From positions 11,255 through 75,254 of the forward strand of contig CAZJUI010000003.1 of assembly GCA_964549185.1 (NCBI GenBank): DNA of 64,000 bases, written 5' to 3'. How positions within the stretch are numbered: the first letter of the stretch is position 1; the number at the start of each line of letters is the position of its first letter. Source of the DNA: Candidatus Woesearchaeota archaeon (lineage in GTDB: Archaea; Nanobdellota; Nanobdellia; SCGC-AAA011-G17; JAGVZF01). Position numbers and translations under genes: made by a program. The notes under the pieces are model-generated. The model was not told the origin of the DNA. It did no database searches and saw nothing but the letters and a program-made list of their open reading frames with translations. Positions 58,999 through 64,000 of this stretch are shown here, in pieces.

Positions 58999-61298
58999 TT
59001 TAAAACCCTATCTCCCATATCAGTTCTATAATCAAATCCTTTATCAGTTCGTAATCTTCCAGAAGCTTTACGGGATAATTCTCTAGATGGAAAAACACCT
59101 TTTTTAGAATAGGCAGTAACTCCAAGATTTCTGCCATCCCCAGTTAAAATTCTTGTTCCATCTCTCTTTGTTTTATCATAAAATACTTTTACATTTTTCA
59201 TATGACTAACATCACCTAATCCATATATTTGTAAACCTTCTTCATGTTTTTCAGGATAGCCCTTAGAAGCTAACATTGTACAAAAAGCTCCACCTTTTCT
59301 ATATTTCAAACTAGAACCATCAATTTTCCCATCTAAGGCACTTCTAATAGCTTCATCCAAACTATTTTTCTTCAACATCATCATTAAAGGCAATGCTTCA
59401 GGATGCCCCAGTCTTACATTAATCTCAATTACCTTTGGTCCATCTTTAGTCTTTATCATTCCATAATATAAAAATCCAATAAACGTATTTCCATTTTCTC
59501 TCATCTTTTGAACAACTTTGCTTATCATATTATTATTAATTTTATAAATCATTTCTTTATCAACAAAAGGAACAGGTCCATAAGATCCCATTCCACCAGT
59601 ATTCCCACAAATTGAAATTCTACCATTTCTTCTAACCACTACAAAACCTGTTGAAACTGTAACACACCCCACATACCCATTATAATCTACTTTCTTTATA
59701 TCTTTTTTCCTTATCCCAACTTCTTTTTCTGGTTTTATTTCTAAAGAATATACTGGGTTTGCCCTGTAATATTTTTTATTTAATGGACTTAGCATAATCA
59801 TTCTTCTATCAACAGTAATTATGCTTGACTTACCCAATTTCATAACCATCTCTTGAATATCATCGATTAATCTTTTAGATCCGGAATGAAATCTTTGTCT
59901 GCCGTTATGAATGCTTCCATCCCCCATAACAAAAGCGTCTAGAAATTCTTTTATCTGTTTTTTATTAGCATTCTTAATATAATCAGGTACAAATTTATGA
60001 CTAGATATCCCAAATTCAGTTAAAACTTTTACTAATTGAATAGAATTAATTCTAAATCTACTATTCTTTGGATCATAGGAAAACTTAAAAGGAAGTTTAG
60101 AAAGTATTTCTTTAAATTTATCTAAATAAATCGAAGAGGATATCTGACAAATATAAACTCTACGTTCATTCTTTTTATTAGATATACACCCTTCTGATAA
60201 AAAAAGTCCCATAAACTTTACCCAATCAGAAAATTTTATTTTATGAGACTTTAATTTTCTGTTAAATTTATAATCAAACTCTTCTAAGATAAAAAACCTT
60301 AAGGATTTTCCTCCCCAGTATCCTGAAATTGGAATAAGTTTCTCTCCAAATAAATTTTGCGCCTCTATAATGCTCATTTTTTCAGTTTTTCTATCTTTAA
60401 CAAACATTTTATGATTAGGGGTTATTAATAAGTCCAATTCTCTATGTTTGAAATGAAGCATATTACCTTTATACTTCATCCAGTATATCTGTGAGGGTTT
60501 TTCAAAATGCAGGAAATTGTTTTTAATATCGAATGTCATAACTTCATCATCTCTATTTAAATAATCAAATGTCTTCCAACCATGATTAGTTAATATTTCA
60601 GTGTCTGAAGAATAACAATTCGGCCCCTTATCTCCATCATGAGCTCTTTTAAAATCTTGAAATGCAATTTCAAATGGAATTACATTTTCTCCATCACTCA
60701 TCGCAAATATAGAAAATTCCTCCCCCCTTAATCTTTCAGCAATTAAAACTTCTGGTCCATATTTTTGATAATGCCTAACTCTTTCTTCCAAGGCTTCTTC
60801 TTTTGAATCACAAACACTGACACCTCGTCCTTTAGTTAATCCTTTAGCCTTTATTACAACTCCATCTTCATCTGTAATTTCATGAATTGCGCTTATTGCT
60901 TCTTCTGTTGTATAACATTTTATAGACTTGGCTTGAGGTATTCTTAATTTTTCCATAATATCATAAGAAAAAAATTTATCAGTTTCTAATTTAGCAGGTT
61001 CTTGTTTAGGAGCAAAAATTCTTGTAAATTTCATTTCGTAAGCAACATCAACAATTCCATCTGCAATAACATTATCAGGACTTACAACAATATAATCTAC
61101 CCCATACCCCATAGCAAGATTAATTACATCTCTAAAATTTTCTTTTTTCGTTCCATCGAATTTAATATTTCTACAATGTTTTTCTGATTCTGTTCCAGGA
61201 TTTCCAGGAGAAAATAAAACTTCAACATCTTTTGATGCAATATTCCAACCTAAAGCATGAGCTCTCGCATCACTTCCAATAATCAAAACTTTTCTCAT
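58995..61298 (-). CDS. purD: Phosphoribosylamine-glycine ligase (PurD) interrupted by an intein (428-aa extein)
   Basis: N-terminus MRKVLIIGSDARAHALGWNIA. HDGDKGPN|C(intein)...ICGN|TGGMGSYGP rejoins the conserved GD.DTGPNTGGMG motif. C-terminal ATP-grasp is conserved. Confidence 0.8.
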   Translation of the reverse strand: MRKVLIIGSDARAHALGWNIASKDVEVLFSPGNPGTESEKHCRNIKFDGTKKENFRDVINLAMGYGVDYIVVSPDNVIADGIVDVAYEMKFTRIFAPKQEPAKLETDKFFSYDIMEKLRIPQAKSIKCYTTEEAISAIHEITDEDGVVIKAKGLTKGRGVSVCDSKEEALEERVRHYQKYGPEVLIAERLRGEEFSIFAMSDGENVIPFEIAFQDFKRAHDGDKGPNCYSSDTEILTNHGWKTFDYLNRDDEVMTFDIKNNFLHFEKPSQIYWMKYKGNMLHFKHRELDLLITPNHKMFVKDRKTEKMSIIEAQNLFGEKLIPISGYWGGKSLRFFILEEFDYKFNRKLKSHKIKFSDWVKFMGLFLSEGCISNKKNERRVYICQISSSIYLDKFKEILSKLPFKFSYDPKNSRFRINSIQLVKVLTEFGISSHKFVPDYIKNANKKQIKEFLDAFVMGDGSIHNGRQRFHSGSKRLIDDIQEMVMKLGKSSIITVDRRMIMLSPLNKKYYRANPVYSLEIKPEKEVGIRKKDIKKVDYNGYVGCVTVSTGFVVVRRNGRISICGNTGGMGSYGPVPFVDKEMIYKINNNMISKVVQKMRENGNTFIGFLYYGMIKTKDGPKVIEINVRLGHPEALPLMMMLKKNSLDEAIRSALDGKIDGSSLKYRKGGAFCTMLASKGYPEKHEEGLQIYGLGDVSHMKNVKVFYDKTKRDGTRILTGDGRNLGVTAYSKKGVFPSRELSRKASGRLRTDKGFDYRTDMGDRVLN
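59601..60617 (-). mobile_element. PurD intein (339 aa) with a LAGLIDADG-like domain and an unusual C-terminus (Gly-Asn instead of His-Asn)
   Basis: CYSSDTEILT block A, FMGLFLSEGC and FVMGDGSI LAGLIDADG-like, ends RNGRISICGN|T. Confidence 0.7.
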
Positions 61299-61588
61299 TC
61301 TATAATAATTTTTATTGTTCTTCTATAAAACTGTACAGATAGAGAATGAGAATCGTCATTAACGTGCTCTACTTTTCCCAATACATACGCATTTACACCA
61401 TTCCTTGTATATTCTATTTTTCGCGCTTTACTCAATAAATCTTTATATTCCCTATTTTGATAACTGCTTGTATGCAAAAGAAAAGGTTTACCAATCGGTT
61501 TCGCAGCCACTTCAATCCCCGAAGAATCAAAAAATGTTGTTCCTTCAATAGTTAATTCTTCTAAAATTCTTTTTCTAATTTTAGCCAT
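61295..61588 (-). CDS. Hypothetical protein co-transcribed with purD
   Basis: 97 aa. Overlaps the purD start by 4 nt. Confidence 0.4.
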   Translation of the reverse strand: MAKIRKRILEELTIEGTTFFDSSGIEVAAKPIGKPFLLHTSSYQNREYKDLLSKARKIEYTRNGVNAYVLGKVEHVNDDSHSLSVQFYRRTIKIIIE

Positions 61589-61626
61589 TTAGATGAATAG
61601 ATAAAAAAGATTATAAATATATCGTT

Positions 61627-62043
61627 TTAAACTCCTTTCATCTTCTTACTAACATCAATATTAGTTTTACAATGTTCACAATTAAATCTTAAAACATCTA
61701 CCGTTACTAATTTTCCATCTTCCTCATCCATTATTTTAAATTTCTTTCTTTTATATGGAGTTTTAGCTTCTCCTTGTTTACCACAATTTGGACAAGTATA
61801 ATTAGCTTCTGCTGTTAAACTATCTTCATATTCTTTTTCATCTAAAGTATATTTACAACTAAGACATTGAACTTCTTTTGATCTTATCTTTATCTTTCCT
61901 TTTTCATCTCTTGGTTTGCCCATTAAAGATTTTCCACATTTAGGACATTTTTGTTTATACACCCAACATCTAATCTTTCCCTTTCCTATATCTCTCAGAG
62001 TATAATAAACACATTCATCCATAGAGCTTGGTTCTTTTAGCAT
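61627..62043 (-). CDS. Multi-CxxC zinc-finger protein
   Basis: 138 aa with four CxxC pairs (CPKCG, CLSC, CPNCG, CEHC). Confidence 0.45.
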   Translation of the reverse strand: MLKEPSSMDECVYYTLRDIGKGKIRCWVYKQKCPKCGKSLMGKPRDEKGKIKIRSKEVQCLSCKYTLDEKEYEDSLTAEANYTCPNCGKQGEAKTPYKRKKFKIMDEEDGKLVTVDVLRFNCEHCKTNIDVSKKMKGV

Positions 62044-62158
62044 AATTTTTATGTATAGAATAGATTTATAAAGATTTTTATAAAGATTAATAGACTTTTA
62101 AAGAGATTAGACATAGAAAAGTTTATAAACTATAGCTACTATAGCAGCTATAAGTAAA

Positions 62159-62371
62159 ATGGAAACATCAACAATTCAATTAAGTAGAGAAACAAAGAAT
62201 AAAATATCTTCATTTGGGGTAAAGGGAGAAAGTTATGATGATATTATTAAAAGGATTTATGCGCTTGCAATTAAAGAACAACTAAGAGAATTTTTACTTT
62301 CCTCAGATGGAACTATTTCTATAGAAGAAGCGAGAAAAGAGCTCAATAAAAAATGGCCAAGATCGAGATAG
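62159..62371 (+). CDS. Putative antitoxin
   Basis: 70 aa. Overlaps the downstream RelE-like gene by 19 nt. Confidence 0.4.
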   Translation: METSTIQLSRETKNKISSFGVKGESYDDIIKRIYALAIKEQLREFLLSSDGTISIEEARKELNKKWPRSR

Positions 62372-62697
62372 TTTCATCTTTGTTTGAAGAAATAAAGAAA
62401 AAATTTAAGGGAGAAGCACATAATATTCTAGATTTGATACAGACTCTGGAGAATTATCCAAAGAAAGGCAAAATTTTAGGTCAAACTGGAGGCATTATTA
62501 TTAAAGAACTGAAGTACAAAAATTTTAGGTTCTATTTTATTACAGATGGATATAAATTAAAATTCATGGATGAATCAAAATTAGTTGATTTATTAATAAG
62601 ATTTGTAAGAATGTCTGATAAAAAAGATCAGCAAGAAACAATAAATGAAATTAAAAAGATATTAATCAAATTTGGTCCAGAAGGATTTAAAGAATAA
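62353..62697 (+). CDS. RelE/ParE-like toxin
   Basis: 114 aa. GGIIIKELKYKNFRFYFITDG resembles the RelE beta-strand core. Confidence 0.45.
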   Translation: MAKIEIVSSLFEEIKKKFKGEAHNILDLIQTLENYPKKGKILGQTGGIIIKELKYKNFRFYFITDGYKLKFMDESKLVDLLIRFVRMSDKKDQQETINEIKKILIKFGPEGFKE

Positions 62698-62777
62698 TCT
62701 TTACAGAAGAATCAAAAATTCCTTATTAATTATGTAAACGAAATTCTTTTAAACGATATTAAATAATCTTTTTATAC

Positions 62778-62850
62778 AGCCCCGTAGTCTAGCGGTCAAG
62801 GATCCGGCCCTCTGGAGGCTGGGACGGCGGTTCGAATCCGCCCGGGGCTA
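62778..62850 (+). tRNA. tRNA-Gln (CUG)
   Basis: Acceptor AGCCCCG/CGGGGCT, D-arm GTCT-AGCGGTCAA-GGAT, anticodon stem CGGCC/GGCTG with loop CTCTGGA, T-arm GGCGG-TTCGAAT-CCGCC. 73 nt, no encoded CCA. Confidence 0.8.
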
Positions 62851-62891
62851 TTAGTTACTTTTATAAATTAACATTTAACTTTTATATTCAT

Positions 62892-62987
62892 GCTCCTGTG
62901 GTCTAGGTCGGTCAAATTAACTTAGGTTAAGACCTTTGACACTGGATTCTCGATCCGGTAACCCGAGTTCAAATCTCGGCAGGAGCA
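62892..62987 (+). tRNA. tRNA-Glu (CUC) with a ~21-nt non-canonical insertion in the D-loop
   Basis: Acceptor GCTCCTG/CAGGAGC with discriminator A (Glu-like), anticodon stem CTGGA/TCCGG, loop TTCTCGA, T-arm CCGAG-TTCAAAT-CTCGG. D-loop AGGTCGGTCAA is followed by an extra attaacttaggttaagacctt before TGAC. Confidence 0.6.
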
Positions 62988-63114
62988 TAACCTTATAAAT
63001 TAATCAATAACAAAAACAATATGATATTTATATAGGGAAATTTGAAATATACCTCTAATCTGATGAAATAGATAGATTTATAAAGTCCTAAATATAAGAC
63101 TATATAGTCTATAA

Positions 63115-63756
63115 ATGAGGACTAATAAAATGGGAATATTAAAAGAGCAATATGTTATTGATTCAGCTTTTATAAAAGAACCTTGGAAAAAGTTAACTTA
63201 TTTAGATATCCAAAAGATAACAAAGAAAAAATCAAAAGGTTTTATCTATGGTGCTTTAAAAAGATTACAAAAGGAAAAAATTATTAATACCGAGAAAGTA
63301 GGTAAGTCTATTCTTTATAATTTAAACTTATCGTCAACTTCAGCTCAAAATTATGCTGGATTTTTGCATGAATATATTTCTTTTAATCAAAAGCATATTC
63401 CATTGCAGATAATAGAAAACATAAGAAATAAAATTCCAACTAAATTTTTTATTTTACTTCTCACTGGAAGCTATGCAAAAGGAACACAAACTAAGCATTC
63501 TGATTTAGACATTATTGTTATTTGTGATGATAAGACAGAACCTAAGAAAATAATGGCTGAAATAAGCTATGAAAGTGAGTTGAGCATCCCAAAAGTTCAT
63601 CCATATGTTTTTACAAAAGAACAATTTCTAGGAATGCTTTTAGAAGATGAAGAAAATTATGGAAAAGAAGCAGTTAGGCATAGATTTATATTCTATGGTG
63701 GCTCACAGTATTATGCAGTAATAAACGAGGCAATTAAACATGGATTCAGAGGTTAG
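63115..63756 (+). CDS. wHTH-fused minimal nucleotidyltransferase (second copy)
   Basis: 213 aa. LLLTGSYAKGTQTKHSDLDIIVICDD NTase motif. Confidence 0.6.
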   Translation: MRTNKMGILKEQYVIDSAFIKEPWKKLTYLDIQKITKKKSKGFIYGALKRLQKEKIINTEKVGKSILYNLNLSSTSAQNYAGFLHEYISFNQKHIPLQIIENIRNKIPTKFFILLLTGSYAKGTQTKHSDLDIIVICDDKTEPKKIMAEISYESELSIPKVHPYVFTKEQFLGMLLEDEENYGKEAVRHRFIFYGGSQYYAVINEAIKHGFRG

Positions 63757-64000
63757 GCTTTTATTGGACAGGGCAGATAATGAACTTTTAGCTGCAATGT
63801 CTTTAAAGAAGATAAGTGAACAAGACACTTTAAAGAATAATTTATCTATCCCCACTCCAACAACTTTTTACAGCTCTGTTATTTCACATTCTTATTACTC
63901 TATTTTTTATTCAGCAAGAGCAGCCTTGTTAAGTGTGGGAATAAAAATCTCTGCTCCATTTATCCATAACAAAGCTTATGAAAAATTCAAGAAAGCATTT
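63740..64000 (+). CDS. HEPN-domain partner of the MNT, truncated at the window end
   Basis: MDSEVRLLLDRADNELLAAMSLKK... overlaps the MNT stop by 17 nt. Runs off the window. Confidence 0.45.
   Translation, partial: MDSEVRLLLDRADNELLAAMSLKKISEQDTLKNNLSIPTPTTFYSSVISHSYYSIFYSARAALLSVGIKISAPFIHNKAYEKFKKAF

Overview
AT-rich (~27-30% GC) archaeal chromosomal segment. Small proteins, dense packing, four inteins and intron-containing tRNAs suggest a DPANN-type or similar small-genome archaeon. The left end holds a textbook replication locus: PolD DP2 (partial), DP1 and Orc1/Cdc6 on the minus strand, diverging from a 558-bp AT-rich oriC with three ORB-like elements. Housekeeping genes follow: LonB, ArgRS, SerRS, IleRS-like, topoisomerase IA, Lhr-like helicase, Ogg, Nth, TrxB, RadB, TBP, PurD. 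There is a Cdc48 gene with one intein and an in-frame TAA, and an MCM with two inteins followed by an OB-fold gene. Several TA-like modules are present (VapBC, RelE-like, two wHTH-MNT/HEPN pairs). An accessory, mobile-element-like region lies at about 24.8-30.6 kb, with an inverted pair of coiled-coil/Q-repeat/HTH genes, iteron-like repeats, a XerA-like recombinase and 36-bp direct repeats. Other notable items are a free-standing LAGLIDADG+XRE-HTH protein, a four-gene nucleoside-processing operon, a candidate GG-leader peptide with a standalone C39-like peptidase, and two tRNAs with unusual insertions. No rRNA and no CRISPR array are present. Product calls rest on motifs recognised by eye; no database search was run.
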